Shown in pieces: positions 1-13,692 of a DNA stretch of 64,000 bases; position 1 is the stretch's first letter; each line of letters begins with the position of its first letter. Position numbers and translations under genes: made by a program. Under the pieces are notes generated by a model. The model saw only the letters and a program-made list of their open reading frames with translations, searched no databases and was not told the DNA's origin. The DNA is from Psammoneis japonica (lineage: Eukaryota): NCBI GenBank assembly GCA_008632985.1, contig QPGO01000099.1, forward strand, positions 165,679 to 229,678, read 5' to 3'.

Positions 1-128
1 AAGAAAATTATTTCCGCAGAGCAAACGTCCAGCTTCCACCGGGTTGGGGTAAAACGTTGTTGGCCTTGGAAACACTTTCGCGGTTAGCACGAGAAAGAGT
101 AGGTCCCGATCGATCAAAAGTTCAGTGA

Positions 129-2249
129 GTGACATGCGCAACACTGAAACTCATCTTGGTCGATCAAGTGCTGGATTTCTCGGATGGCTCTGGACTTGTT
201 GCCGACATTTCGCACTCGAGATTGATTGTGGCCAGTCAGACAAGCCGCACCGAGGCTTGCACCACATTGGTTGACAAGTCTGCAGCTTTTCTTCCCACTC
301 ATGAGAGTGAGCTGCGGTTCATTGCCTGCGCTTGCAACTCTCTGCCACGGGTTGGAGAGGCTCTTCAAGCGATTGGAGGCAGCATTTCCTTTGGTATTTT
401 TGACGAAGCACACGAGATGGAAGGAGCAGGGAGGCTATTTGGATACGGTCTCTATGATTCGTTTCTTCCAGTCGACTACCGTCTCTTCCTTACAGCAACT
501 CCTCGTCGGTACACACAGTCTCCGAAACAAATCACCGTTCTGGGATCCAAGCTTGACAAGTACGGCGCGCAAACACTCTTGCCGAAAAGGGAAGCAGAAA
601 CCACTCGTTGCCTCTCGGGCATTAGGAGCTTTGTCGATGAAGCGCTCTTTGGACCGTGCATCGAACGACGGACGTTGATAGAAAGCGTGGAGCAAAACAT
701 TACAGTCCCCATTACACTATGTGTTGTGGATCAAGACGAGGTCAGTGAACACGCACATATCGATTCCAGCCAGCTCTCAAAAGATACCTTGCTGCCTTTT
801 GCAATCGAAGCGGCTTTCTATAAGTTAAATGTAAGCCGTGCTGTGTCGTTCCACTCTACCAATGCTCGAGCACGGGCTTTTGTGGACTCGACTGAAACGG
901 CGTTGAAGGACGACATATCTACATTTGTTGTTTGTGGCAGTCCCAAAATGTCTGCAGTAAATCGGGAACATGTGCTACAAGAAGCCAGGTTTGCATCGAA
1001 ATCTATCGTTGCGAACTGCAAAGTACTGGCGACAGGTGTTGACGAGGCGGATTGGGAGTTGGTTGTAATGGCCGATCCCGTTCGGAGTTCAGTTCTGGCA
1101 CGTCAAATGATTGGACGTGTAAGCCGGAAAGCGTTCGGAAAAAACCGTGGTTACGTTCTTGTTCCCATTCCAATTGCTTCTGATGAGGAATTGACCGAGG
1201 ATACCAACGGATACGAAACTTTTACCACTGCTTTTGAGGCCATGGTTGGTCTGGATCCCGAGTTACGTCAGGATGTCTTGTTTGTGATTGAAGAGAGCGA
1301 CAGGCTAGGAAGGCCTTTGAAGGAAGACGAGTACCCTCCTCGTGTCCTCAATTCCTTCATGCTTCCCGATTTGTTGTCCTTTGAAACGAAAAAAGACATC
1401 ATGAACCGCGCCATTAGAGAATACAAGGACAAGAGTTCCTGGGATCGCATGTACGATTTGCTCTTGAAGTATAGAGACCGCGAAGGCAGTTGCAAAGTTC
1501 CTTCTAGGCACAAAGAAGAGGGGATGAGTTTGGGGCATTGGTTAAGCAGACAACGGCAGGCCAAAAAGAATGGGATGCTGGATATTTCTCGTCAACAAGC
1601 GCTCAAGAAGGTGGGAGTCGAGTGGAACGTGTACGATGATAAATGGAATCGCGCTTACAGCCTACTCTTGGTTTACCTGGAGAGAGAAGGCAATTGTAAT
1701 GTTCCCAGTAAATACGTTGAGGATGGCTTTGCCCTTGGACGTTGGTTGAGCAACCAACGACTAAAATATAAGCTCGGGAAGCTTGACATTGTCAAAGAAG
1801 AAAAACTCGAGGAGGCTGGAGTGGAGTGGGACGTGTGGGAAAACCAATGGGAGACTATGTTTTCACTTCTCGAGCAATTCAACGAACGGGAGGGCCATTG
1901 TAGGGTACTGTTTGGTCACGAAGAGGATGGGGAGAACCTTGGAAGGTGGTTGGACACCCAAAGGAAAGCTAAAAGGAAAGGGACAATGGACGCTTCCCGA
2001 CACGAACGACTGGAGAAGGCTGGAGTGGAGTGGGACGTTCGGGCTGAGCGATGGGAGACTATGTTTTCTCTTCTTGAACGATTTGTGGCGCGTGAGGGCC
2101 ATTGTAGGGTGCTGCGGGGTCACAAAGAGGATGGGATGAATCTTGGAGTTTGGTTAAGCGATCAAAAGCAAGCATGGAAGGCTGGAAAACTAAAGAATAG
2201 CCGGAAGAGTCGACTGCTGGATCTTGGCGTTGTTTTCGCTAGAGAGTAG
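129..2249 (+). CDS. SF2 (DEAH-type) helicase with C-terminal tandem helicase-associated (HA) domains; 5' end uncertain
   Basis: 706-aa ORF with FDEAH (motif II), TATP (III), VLATGVD (V) and QMIGRVSR (VI), then four W...L..Y/F..REG.C.V.......LG.WL..Q repeats. A Walker-A-like LPPGWGKT lies in the same frame at ~33-56, upstream of a TGA at 126-128, so there is an intron or a disruption. Confidence 0.85.
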   Translation: MTCATLKLILVDQVLDFSDGSGLVADISHSRLIVASQTSRTEACTTLVDKSAAFLPTHESELRFIACACNSLPRVGEALQAIGGSISFGIFDEAHEMEGAGRLFGYGLYDSFLPVDYRLFLTATPRRYTQSPKQITVLGSKLDKYGAQTLLPKREAETTRCLSGIRSFVDEALFGPCIERRTLIESVEQNITVPITLCVVDQDEVSEHAHIDSSQLSKDTLLPFAIEAAFYKLNVSRAVSFHSTNARARAFVDSTETALKDDISTFVVCGSPKMSAVNREHVLQEARFASKSIVANCKVLATGVDEADWELVVMADPVRSSVLARQMIGRVSRKAFGKNRGYVLVPIPIASDEELTEDTNGYETFTTAFEAMVGLDPELRQDVLFVIEESDRLGRPLKEDEYPPRVLNSFMLPDLLSFETKKDIMNRAIREYKDKSSWDRMYDLLLKYRDREGSCKVPSRHKEEGMSLGHWLSRQRQAKKNGMLDISRQQALKKVGVEWNVYDDKWNRAYSLLLVYLEREGNCNVPSKYVEDGFALGRWLSNQRLKYKLGKLDIVKEEKLEEAGVEWDVWENQWETMFSLLEQFNEREGHCRVLFGHEEDGENLGRWLDTQRKAKRKGTMDASRHERLEKAGVEWDVRAERWETMFSLLERFVAREGHCRVLRGHKEDGMNLGVWLSDQKQAWKAGKLKNSRKSRLLDLGVVFARE

Positions 2250-2458
2250 TCTCTGCAATGCAGGAACCTACTGAGCCTCGGCGGTGTTTCTGTTTTAAAG
2301 AATGAAAGGACTAGCTGAAATTTGTGAAGCGAGATAGTATCTACTAGAACCAACTCTAAACCTCGTCCTTTAACAACTCGCACGCGACGGCTTGGCTAGC
2401 CCAGTTATATACCATGATATGCGTGTTCTAGCCGTGAATGATAACAACTCCGATGCTA

Positions 2459-4530
2459 CTAGTCCATAGAAATATATTTTGCCCAAATATACTGAGTAAA
2501 CCCCAAGATACTTCCCGTGTGCATCATTTTGGCAATCAAATCAGCCGCTGATTCCGAACAAAACAAATCTTTGCAACGTTGCTGAATACCTGCAAACGAA
2601 GCATGTCGAACCAAGTCGAGAGGAGAAAAGGTTCTCTTGTGATCCCGGCTTTGATTCGACTTGTGCAGCTTCAACACACGATTGCCCTCGAGAATTCGTT
2701 CCAAAATGTATTCTTCCGATGTAATGATGCGATCCACCAAGGACAAATCCTTTGCTTCGGAACCCAAATACACATCACCATTGCAAACTTTGCCCAACGT
2801 CCCTTCCAACGAAGGCCGGCCTTGGACAACTAGTCGTTGAAATGCCGCATGCGTCTTGTCAATGGATCGTTGTACCGTTTTAATATTGTCCTTGGTGACT
2901 TCACCAAAAGACGAAAGAGGCGCCTTGCGTTCACCCGCCTTGATCAAAAGCGGTTTGACCCCCCGACGTTCCAATGCTTCGCGGAGATTAATGCTTTGCG
3001 TATAAACGCCAACCGATCCAACCGTGGCAAAGGGTGCAGCAAAGACGTGGTTGGCTTGAGACGCAATCATGTACCCACCCGATGCGGCAACATTGTCGAC
3101 ACACACCGTAGTAACGATACCGGCTTCTCTCGAGAGTCGTTGTACTTGAGAAGCTGCCAATCCAAAGTCCGCCACGCCGCCGCCGGGTGATTCGACCAGC
3201 AAGACCACTTCCAATTCTTTCGGTAGCGGGGCTGTCTTTTTGCCGCCATTTTGTTTGATGCTTCCAAAGGCGTGTCGACGATGCTGTGTTAGTAGAAAGG
3301 AAACAACTTGTTCTAAATGATCCACATCAATAGCTTTTCCCTTTTTATCCTTGTGCCGACCCACTTCCACCACGACCACCGTCTTGTCAAAGGTATCCTT
3401 GATATTATAATCCAGTGGCGGTGGCTTGGGTCTTCTCCATCCGACTCGTTTTCGTACAATACGTTTCCATTTTCGTTTCGACATGGTCATGGGTGGCGTT
3501 GCCAAGGCTGTGTCGAGCGCGTGTTGATCCTTGGTGTACTTGTCGTTTAATCGTTCCCACACAAAATGCTGAATGGGACGCATCAATTCTTCGTGAGAAA
3601 GCCATTTGGATATCGACTTGATGAGCCATAGACGCATCATGGTGGAAAAGGCCGAGCTTGCCATAACATCCAATACAGCCATGTTGCCGGCTCGTCCCGC
3701 TCGGCCCATACCACCGTACATGGCATTGTTTGGCATTTTTCTTTGTTGGTTCTGTCGTCGCGATGACATGACCCATGGGATATTACTAGGTGGCTGTTGT
3801 TGTGGTGGCTGCTGCAAGAACGGAGATCGCATCACCATGTATGCTGACGTACTATTTGACAGCGTCTTCTGGGGTTGTGGTTGAGTACTTGTAGTCTCTG
3901 GCTGTGGTTTACTAATCGTGGTGGTTGTATTGGTGGATGATATGATTCTTCACTTTTTCGAGCTGCATCTTTCGGACTATCCTCCTTTTTTGCATCAGTG
4001 ACGGGTTTGGGTTTAGCATCAACAATCTCCTCCTTCTTCTTTAGAGTAGTTGATTCTCGATTCTTTTTCTTATTGGCATCTTGCTTGATGGCTTTCTTTT
4101 CCTCCATACTAATTTCCTTTTTAGGTACTGACGGCTCTTTATCTTTTCCTTGGGGTTGAAACCACCACGAGATGCTCCGCTCAAGTTTTGACGTACCGGT
4201 CGATGATGATTCTGGCTGTTTTGATGATTCTTCGCTGCTCGACTTTGATTTGCCCTTTCCAAACAACCCACGTCTGCTACTACTCGTTGTCTCGGGTGGC
4301 GGCGCTTTGCTAGTTTCCTCTTCAGACTTACTATTATTGTTCCTGGGCAAAAAGTACTCAAAAACAGATCGAAACCTCTCGGGTTCTTTGGAAGTGTCTT
4401 CGTTACGGCGGCGCTCTCGGCGATTTGTGAATGACGGCGCAGCAACAGCCCTGTTGCTGCTTTTACTAGTAGAAGCATCGCATAACGCTGCTGCCACCAA
4501 AAGTAGGGGTATGCAACGGTCCACTCTCAT
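2459..4530 (-). CDS. Peptidase S49 (SppA/SohB-like) with signal peptide and long low-complexity N-terminus; two frames joined near ~3945
   Basis: ESPGG, VAASGGYMIA and FATVGSVGV motifs in ORF 2459-3838, whose frame stays open upstream to ~3950. ORF 3832-4530 starts with a signal peptide (MRVDRCIPLLLVAAALCDA). Confidence 0.8.
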
Positions 4531-4649
4531 TGTTGGAAACTCGAGCTCTGACTCTAGGCTGATATTCTCTGTCGTATCGATGCCTCTTCTCCGTTGTGGT
4601 TGTTGCCATCAAAATCTGAAGTCTGAAGCATGATGGTGGATGCGATGGG

Positions 4650-6100
4650 TGGATTTTGGATTTTCGCTGATTCGCCTGCGGTTCCACGTGTTGGAGGGAG
4701 GGAATCTTGTTTCAAAAACATCAATTTTCGATGACGTGTCATCAAATCATGAATGGATCTGTAAATACGAGATTCCATCACTGACCTGTTGGCAGCAGGC
4801 AAAACGAAAGAGACAAACCATCATGATCAAAAACTTTTGGTCAATGAAGAGACGGTCTGATTCATTCAACGCACAACACAATGATGGTACACACCTTGTC
4901 TCTCCATAAGAAGTTGCATCCAAAAGTTGTGTTCTTCTGATTTGTTTCTTTTGGAAGCACATCATGTCACACGTGCCCGCTTCTTGTGCATTTTTTCTGC
5001 ACACAGGGCAGCACTGCACAGACGTGCTCATCTCTCCTGAAAACAGTGGCAGAACACATTAACCATGAGAGAAACAACAGCACCCCCAAGCAGAGTTGTC
5101 AGGGAATTGGATGGCTGGTGCCACTGCCCAAGTTGGGGTGGTGTTGGAGGAGAGGAGGCACACACAGAAAGCTGCCACAAACACACACCACCCTTGCCTC
5201 TGTTTTGCAGACAGCCCACTTTCACCCTTTGGTGCAAGAAAAACAGAGCAGAGCCATGTCATTAGAATGGGTTGCCTTCCTTCAAGGTGGCATGGGTGCA
5301 AAAGTGGGCCCGATTCCACGTGCTCAGAACTTGGCACATTTTCTGCACAAATCGCCGAAGTCACCTTGCCAACTTGAACCCTCTTCCAGATGATGGAAAC
5401 TTTAAAATTTCACATGACAAAGTGTTCAGACAACTTAATTAGACTCCCCTCAACTTGTTCATGGAGAGAAGCTGCAATTTTCCACACATTCGTCGTTTGC
5501 TGCCACAGCTCTGACAAACTTGAACGTCGTGATTTTGGCATCTTTCTGATTAGATTTCGTGTGCATCTTCAAAAACGCATGGAAACTTGCAGCGCCTCTC
5601 CACAAACAAGTCAAGGGAAGTGCAGTTGAGTGGTTTGGCTCAGCACCCCAACATCAATGAGAGATGGAACATTTTTTGGCCTGTGCAATTCGCGCAATGT
5701 GTGAGTTCATTGAGCCTTTGACCATGATTCCAGCCCTTCTTGCTCTCCAGTTTGCTGGGGTCATTGCCCACCAAATGCAGCCATTGATGGCAGAGAGCGC
5801 AAACAGAGCTTCTGCTTTTTCCAGGCAGCTGCCACATTTTGCTTTTTGGCCAGAGCAACTGGTGCACTCCTCCATGAATGTGGCAGCTCAACTCCAACAG
5901 CATGGAGCAACAAAGCAAGGCACAGGGCCACACATTGGATGCAGCTGCATCTGGCAACAACCACACTTGTTTGTTGGTGGATGAAAAAGCATCTGGCAGC
6001 TGTGCTTGCTTGTCAATGACATCATCTGCAAAGGCCCTCACTTGCTGCAGCAGCGCTTGCCATCATTTTTTTTTCAAAAATCATGAGTTCTAAATAAAAT
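4650..6100. mobile_element. TpA-depleted degenerate repeat/TE remnant, family unassigned
   Basis: Near absence of TA, with TG/CA excess and overlapping Cys/His-rich, Tyr-free ORFs. One minus-strand frame reads LFALSAINGCIWW, weakly reminiscent of a transposase C-terminus. Confidence 0.5.
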
Positions 6101-6921
6101 CAACCACCAACCCATGATCCATTCTCAATTAAAATGGACACCGCAGGGCTCTTTCCAAGCTCTCCACTTGAGGCGCTCTGCTGGCCACAGACGAGCTGAT
6201 CTTTATTCGGGACACGGATGAATTACAGACCCCCTGCAGAAGCAGGAGCGCCCAGTTCAACAGGGCACATTATCTATGGCATTCGCCAAAATTTCTTGTA
6301 GAAACATACCAGGCTCTACAGTGGAGAATGCGTTACAACCGTTATGGGTACAATTTTTTGTACCAGTCTTTGTGTATAATTCTACGTAATTTTTCGCCAG
6401 TGGATAATTTATCCGGTGGTCAGACGACGTCATTGAGATATAGACTTAGGGCAATACCCATTCCTTTTATCTGTATACATAACAATTTAGTTCTTCATTA
6501 AAATGTTTTTTCCGTTGTGCCTAACAGTATAATTGTAGTATTGCCGAATAAGACATGCTTTCGATTTATTTATATACAGTTGTAAGAAACCCACATACGT
6601 GTAAGTCCGTCCTCCTCGCCGCGCGACGCCCACCGATGCCGTGATTTGCGACAGAACAAACGTGCTTTGTTGCCGGTGTTGCGTGTGTCTTGTGTGTGTT
6701 GTGCAAGTTGGCAAGGGCTCATTGTGTGTGCTGTGTGCTAACCGGGACAAAGCATGATAAAAGAAAAGAGACAACAGTATTAACTTGGATTTTTTGGGAT
6801 TGTAAAGTTGCGTTTCAGAGGAAAACGAACGTTCATAATCGCCTGAGAACGACCAGCATACCGACTGACGTGAGCCTGATTACATCAAGGATCGCGAAAA
6901 CATCATTATTCATAACTCACC

Positions 6922-9065
6922 ATGCCGACTTCAGGGATGCCCCGGAAGGGTGGCGAACGACACCACAGTAGCGACGAATTTTATACTTACAGTGACGATG
7001 ACAGCGGTTCTCTAAACGATTCATACTTTCTCACTCCAACATCACCGACGCCTGCTGCTGAAACAAGCGGGAGGAGCAGGAGACAAACCGAACCCGCCTA
7101 TCAGACCCGGCTGCAGCCATTGTCGGAAGGAGGAGATGTTCTCCATTTTTCTGGAGACGAAGGCGATAGCAACGGACTTGCTCGTCATACTCAGGCGACG
7201 TATGGTAGCATCGTCAATGAATTGTCTCAGCAGGCACCGCCAGAACTCCCAATTCCAGACAAGAAGCTTGCTCGTCGGCTCAGAAGAAAGCAGTTGGAAC
7301 ATATTGCTCGCGAAAAGGCGGTATACGAAGTACGAGGAAAGCAGCAAGACAAAAAGTGTCGAGATACGGGCTGGGCGGTGCTGTTTGTGGTGCAGCTATT
7401 ACTCGTCGTGTTTTCAGCACTCAAGTTCGGTTCGGGTGTCGTGTTGAGCGATAACAACTCGAGCAAGATGGTCAAGAGTATGGGTGTTTTGGAAATCACA
7501 GACTCAAGCAAGGGCGTTGATAGCACTGCCTTTACAAATGTGAATGACGTCTTGGAACAACTGCAAGAGTTCGACTTGACTGAAGATGTTTCGGAACGAC
7601 TGGCTACGTCCCTGTTCACCATTGACTATCAGAACGTGATCAACCTCTGCTGGATTACGGGCTTTTACGCCTGTATTCTATCCATTCTTACTGTCAGTTT
7701 CATGCTCATCATTGCCAAGTCACTTATCCAAACAACGCTGGTGTTCTCCATTGCCATGTCCTTGGCTTGGGGTTGGATTGGCCTGTCGGTGCCAGGATCT
7801 CATTTCATGATTCCCGTCATGGGCTTCATTGCTTTCTTCCTCACCGTTGGCTATACCTTTTTGAAATGGGATCGGATTCCTTTTGCAGCGACCAATCTCA
7901 ATACAGCACTGGCTGCCATGCGATGTACGGCAGATATTGCCTTGGTAGGGATGGGAATGCTAATGCTTGCGTTTGCTTGGAATGTCGTGTGGAGCACCGC
8001 GTTTATTGGGATTGTCGATACCATCAATACAAGAGATTGTGGATCCATTGATGATGACGATACGGTCTGTACCGAGGAAGCGACCAGTAGCCATCTTGCA
8101 CTCTACATTATGCTCTTTCTTTCGTTTCTGTGGACGAATTTGGTCATCAAGGTACGTTCGTTTGATGATCTATTGCCGGCGCTATGGCGTCGTCATGAAT
8201 TCGCTTTGAACTCACTCGCCGTTTCTTCTGAACTTTACGAATGTAGAATATTGTCCAAGTGACTGTCGCAAGCGCCGTTGGCACTTGGTGGTTTCAACCA
8301 GACGAAATCAGTCCATGCTGTACCAAGGCCGTGACGTCTCCGTTGATACGCTGTTTTACCACATCGCTCGGGTCCATTTGCTTGGGAAGCTTGCTGGTGG
8401 TACCATGCCAGTTTCTCGGAAGAATTACAAACCTACTTTGCGCTCCATGTAAAAAATACTTATCGTGCCGTTCTCAAGGCAAGAGGAGCGACCAGAAATG
8501 GCTTTGCCGATTTCTGGAGGCCATTGTTCATTTCAATCAATGCTGCAATCGCTGGTCTTTTACATATATTGGTATGTATCAATATGACTTTGTCGATGCT
8601 GGTGAAAAGGCGCTAAAGTTGTTTGAAACCCGAGAGTGGATAGAAGTGGTTTCGGACAATCTTATTCATAACGTTCTCTTGATCGTTAGCATTGTTATGG
8701 GAGGTAGTACTGGCACGTTTGGTGTACTCGTCGAGGAGGTGGACGGATATACGTTCTCTTCCTTTCACAAGCCAATCATTACTGCCTTTTTGTAAGTTGT
8801 CTGCTACTTGTTGTAGTGATTTTGTTTCTCGAGTCGCCATCTCACTTGCTCTCCCCCCGCTTATTCCGTTGTGCTTAGTATTGGGTCTGTGCTGGGATTT
8901 GTTCTTTCCAGCATATTACTCGTCGGAGTTATTGGAAGCGCATTTGATACGGTCCTGGTTTGCTTTGCAGCCGGGCCATTTGAGTTCCACCAGAACCACC
9001 CGTATCTCAGCCAGGAAATGAGAGATTCATGGAGTCAGCAAGTTTGGGAAGACTCGCCAGTGTGA
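6922..9065 (+). CDS. Choline transporter-like (CTL/SLC44) membrane protein; exons 6922-8151, 8247-8791, 8879-9065
   Basis: CRD..W..LF, WDRIPFA, GTWWF, TTSLGSICLGSLLV, NRWSFTYIGMY and DTVLVCFA motifs. GT..AG introns 8152-8246 and 8792-8878 restore the frame. Confidence 0.9.
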
Positions 9066-9444
9066 TGATTGCTGGATAGATCCCCATGTCCTTTGTAATA
9101 CCGCTCTTCTCTCACCCATGGAGTAGACTTGGTGCCTCGGCTTTAAGAAGCACATGTTTTGATGATTCATAACGTTGGTGGCAATGTGCAAGCATGCGAC
9201 AGACAGTGGTAGGAGTGGAGGATTCAAGGGTGGCAGGCTCTGACAACTCTCTTTGCATAACCATGATTGGTGCCTCTTTGCACCGTGCAAGATTTTTAAT
9301 GGATACTGTGCATACGTGAAGAAACTTTGACTTTATAATGAATAGATTTTGTTGCGCGTTAGATGACTTCAAAGAGTGTAGGCTATCGCTTATGATGTCA
9401 CTTTTAGGTCTCCACTTCTTCCGTTCTCGGTTCTTGTCCATTCG

Positions 9445-9863
9445 TCATGACATATCTAAATCTTCTCCTACTTTCTCTACACTAGAAAACACATTCTACG
9501 GTATACAGAACAGCAAGACAAATTGTGAGATCCATACATTTTTGGAAACGCATATACGGTATATGGGATATAGCAACAGGGATTCACTCCTATACGGCGC
9601 AACTCAGATCTCAGTCCGCAACATACCTCGTCCATCCATTCGTCGACTTTTCGGGATATTTCTTCTCGCGCTGCGGCCTTTACCAATAAATGTTTCGCAT
9701 CTAAATCCTTGATAATAAACTTCTTGTCCACCGGTTTTTTGTCGTTCAAGAACTGAATGAATTGCTTGGTGGGAACGTCGCAGGAAATCAAGTATCCCGA
9801 TGTTTCAGGAGCATCGGCTGCTGCTTTCTTTTTCGATGACGTCTTTCTCTTTTTGGAACTCAT
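9445..9863 (-). CDS. TFB5: TFIIH subunit p8/Tfb5; one intron (~9496-9626)
   Basis: GYLISCDVPTKQFIQFLN..KFIIKDLD..HLLV..VDEWMDE is spliced (gtatgt...cgtag) to NVFSSVEKVGEDLDMS*. Confidence 0.85.
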
Positions 9864-12102
9864 TTTGTTTGGTTATAAGAAGAATTGGAATCAAGGTGTG
9901 TTGCATAGAGAGATAATATGGATTTTGCTTTTCAACGTGTTGGCGGCTGTGGCGTGATACTCAATACGGCCCCGCCCGCGGCCCCATACACCGTCGCATA
10001 GACTACATCATGGCGGTCGGTCCATGCCTCCTTTTCAAAAACGTTTCTTTGCTGATGATGACGTCACACTCATCTTTTCGTCTGGCTTTCGTCCGGTTCA
10101 GGTCGGCAGATACAAAGTTGAAAGTGTATCTTTCATCTTTCTCGCGGACTGACGAATTGACAATGACAAACACTGAACGCGGCAGCAATTCAAACATTCC
10201 GCCCCGTTCAGCAGAAGCTATAACCAACGTACCCACTCTCTTCTGTTGGAAAGGTATGACAACATGAAAGCAACCAGTTAGGCCTTGTGTTGCTCTCGGG
10301 GAAATGCCAACTACCAACTACCTACTACTACCTTGCAGTCGATTCAGAAATGCTTCCCCGGAGCACACAGTATGTTCTTAACATTACGATACTCGAACAG
10401 TTGGTCCCAAGCTGATGTAACCACAATTGAAAGCTTGACGCAGCTACACATGCTGGAGAGAGAGAGAAGACGAGTCGCCAGTCGCGAGAAGATTAGCTTT
10501 TGCTTTCTTGATTGTGACGCGAGCCTTGGTGGAGGTGGTAGTAATCCGGAGCACGGCACGGATTTCAAATGCATCTTCTCGCCCATTTGGTTGTGAGACC
10601 GAGACCGACAATTTTTTAAGCCCTTATCTGAGCGACTCGAAATGATGAAAGATTTTTCGAATGGTGGAGCAGAGACTCACAAGATCGTCCTGAGGATGCT
10701 GGCAGAGACATATGTTCTCAGATCTGAACACAGCGGTATTATTGGCGAAAATCTCATTCTAACAATCCGACTACGTTGGTTCACAACTCGGCAACTAATT
10801 TACTTCTAATCGTAAGCCTACATTTGTGCTTCTCGAGAATGGCAACCGTTGCGGCACCGCCGGAGTGAAATCCTACTGGGTGAATATATCAACGTGGCAT
10901 CGGAAGTCAAAGAACGCAGTACAGCGTTATATGAAAGCATTTTCCTACATGAGTGTTGCTTCTCATTGCACTTGAGGATATTCTCCGGACGTGGACTGAA
11001 TCATTTACTCTGTGAAACGCCAACAAATTCAAGCACGCAGTTTCAACTCTGACGTACGGAATTTCGTTCCTTCCAGGGTGATTCCAGACAAGGCGAAGTT
11101 TTAGTGTTACCCGTGATGAGCCTTTACGTCCTGCCATATTATGTCATCTTGGGTGGGTACCTCTCGCTTCGTGTTTCACTGAATTGAATTGTATCACTCT
11201 GTGTCGTGGGGGGTAGATGATGGCGCCATACAACAAATCTTCTGCGAGTCAATGTGGAGGCGTGTGTATGTACCGATTTGATACACTTTTTTTTGTAGCA
11301 TTGCTATCAATGCTGTGTGCTATTATCTTGACATGGCTTTGCCGTCCCTCTGAGACAATCAGGCGAGATGGCTCGTGTCTGTGCACGAGCCGGTCTGACA
11401 AGAATCCGTAATGGCCACGAAAAGACAAAACTAATTCCTTGCACCACCGGGAACTGCGCCAACTTTGTTATTCTCTCACATTGGAAATCGAGGCGGATCG
11501 TCTGATAGGAGCTCCATGAGGTGCTTGCTTGACTCTAGAGGTCGAATCGAGTTTTGGGCTCGACCCAAATGCTCACATTATCTCTCTTTCTCAACCGGTA
11601 TAAGGGCATTCTTCTGTAGCACAATCGACTGGAGGAGTGCTTGTTGAGTTAGCTCAGGAAGTCGAGGTTGACTGAAAGTGGATACGAGTCATCATGGGTG
11701 CCGTCTTGAAGTGTGTTTTCAGTGCTTTTCCTCGTGGCGCGTCTTGTTCATTGTTGCTCCCACGTCAAGTAGGATATCTTGATCCGGAGCATTGCAGAAT
11801 AGCGATAACTAGATAATATTCATTACGAATGAAAACCAATATCAGTCTCGGTCTCTGATTGTTCCTACCAAGAAGCCTACGACTAACCGAATGCAAACGT
11901 GCCAACATCCCGCGAAATTCGAAAATCGTGAGGGACTGCGTCGGATTTTCTACGGGCTCTTCCAGTACATTTTCTACGCATTCACGAATGGGCCAACCGC
12001 AACAACGAGCGACCGTCTCGCACTCACCACACAATTTCAAGTTTTGCTTGCATTGAAACACTCTGATACCAATCTATCTTTATTGATACTACTACCCCCA
12101 TT

Positions 12103-13692
12103 ATGATTGCATACATTGCACTACTCATTCAATTTATCAACCTCCTGCTACGCGTATTTCACGGTAAGCAGAACCACGGCCGAATCGTTGGCGGTTTCCT
12201 TTCGGGAGCGTGGGACACGATTCGCTACACGATTCACGCTGTCGTGTCCTTTGTCGTTGCGATCTGGAAAGCTCTCCTCTCCTTATATGCTGGGATATTC
12301 ATACACTCCTCGTTGAAGTTGATTGGTGCTAAGGTCTATTTCTTGTACTGTCGGATTATGGAAATCGACGACCTTACCTCTCTTCTTTGGGATCGAGCTT
12401 GCGATGCTGTTGCGGTTACTCTCGCGGTTGCATTGATTGTATGGACCGTGTATTGGTTCTCCTACTTCATCTATGTCCCCTTGCGGTTTCTGTTCCCGTG
12501 GTTGCTGCTGTTGAAGCGCAAACTAGTTGGTCGTGGGCGCATCAGATGGAAACCGGAACGAATGTTGCTGAAGAACCGATACGTTGGTGACGCTCCCCCC
12601 GTTCCAACCGGCGTGGCCGCTCCACGAAGTCTTCGGATACCTCGATACACCCGTGTCATTCCCCTCTTGAATGATCAGCAATTGGCTGCTGCGCTGCTTG
12701 AGTTCGGCTGGAAACAAGACCGATATATTCGTGAGTATCGTACGGATCCAAGGTATGATCACTGGCGTGGCTGGGTGCGGACTCCAGCGGCCATGGAACC
12801 GGCCGAGGCTCTTGCTGATCCAGTAGAAAGGCATGTCAGGTGGAAACCCGACCGAGTGATGACTCAAGACTTTCACGTTGGTGACATTCCTCCAGTCCCA
12901 ACCCGTGTGCCTGCCAAACGCGTTCTTCGACGTGCACGTTACACCCGTGTGATACCCGTATTGAATGATGAGCAGTTGGCTGTGGCGATGCTTGAATTTG
13001 ATGCGGGTCAAGAAGAAAGTATTCATTACTGGGACTCTGATCTTTCGTGTGATCACTGGTGTGGCTGGGTGCGGACTCTAGCTGCCATGGGACCCGCTGA
13101 TGCTACGGACAACAACCCCATTGCTGACGATGCCTCGGATATTTTGGATATGGAACCGGCTGAGGATACGGACAACAATCTAAATGCTGTGGAGGAAGCA
13201 GTTCCTGATGTTGTTGAAGAGCCTTGGGAAGCCTTGAATGAGCCTACTGTTGACGACGCACCAGACGATGCGGAGGTGGGCGTTCCTGTTGCTGTAGTAG
13301 AGGAACCTGTTGTTGAAGCCGTGGGCCATCCTGCTGTGGCTATTGACGATGCTCCAGTCGATGCGGAGGTGGGCGTTCCCGTTGCTGACGTTGAGGAACC
13401 TGCTGTTGCTGACGCTACGGACGATCCCGTGATTGCTGTACACGACGAGGAAGTTGTTCTTGGAGCTGTAGCCGAAGAGCCTGACGATACTTTCGACGTT
13501 CACGATATGGCTGCCGACAACAATCCAGTGGCAGAGGAGGATGCTGTACTTGTGAGAAACAAGGAAAAGCAAGCCCACACTGGCCAATTGAGACGCTCGC
13601 CTAGGCTCCGTCAAGCCGCTGGCAGTGTCTTTGTTTCGTCTAATACTGGGCGTGTCGTGCGTAGATCCGCAAGGATCATGAGTCGCCGCTAG
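12103..13692 (+). CDS. Hypothetical protein: N-terminal TM helices, ~100-aa internal duplication, acidic repeat, basic RRSPRL..RRSAR tail
   Basis: 529-aa intronless ORF. RWKP.R....VGD.PPVPT...RYTRVIP.LND.QLA...DHW.GWVRT.AAM occurs twice (~12541-12795 and ~12835-13090). Confidence 0.6.
   Translation: MIAYIALLIQFINLLLRVFHGKQNHGRIVGGFLSGAWDTIRYTIHAVVSFVVAIWKALLSLYAGIFIHSSLKLIGAKVYFLYCRIMEIDDLTSLLWDRACDAVAVTLAVALIVWTVYWFSYFIYVPLRFLFPWLLLLKRKLVGRGRIRWKPERMLLKNRYVGDAPPVPTGVAAPRSLRIPRYTRVIPLLNDQQLAAALLEFGWKQDRYIREYRTDPRYDHWRGWVRTPAAMEPAEALADPVERHVRWKPDRVMTQDFHVGDIPPVPTRVPAKRVLRRARYTRVIPVLNDEQLAVAMLEFDAGQEESIHYWDSDLSCDHWCGWVRTLAAMGPADATDNNPIADDASDILDMEPAEDTDNNLNAVEEAVPDVVEEPWEALNEPTVDDAPDDAEVGVPVAVVEEPVVEAVGHPAVAIDDAPVDAEVGVPVADVEEPAVADATDDPVIAVHDEEVVLGAVAEEPDDTFDVHDMAADNNPVAEEDAVLVRNKEKQAHTGQLRRSPRLRQAAGSVFVSSNTGRVVRRSARIMSRR

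Noticed and set aside
129..2249. HA-domain helicase (or the SET/MYND genes) as the machinery of the hypermutation
   Set aside because: There is no deaminase (HxE..PCxxC) or polymerase motif, and proximity in a eukaryotic genome is not evidence of function.
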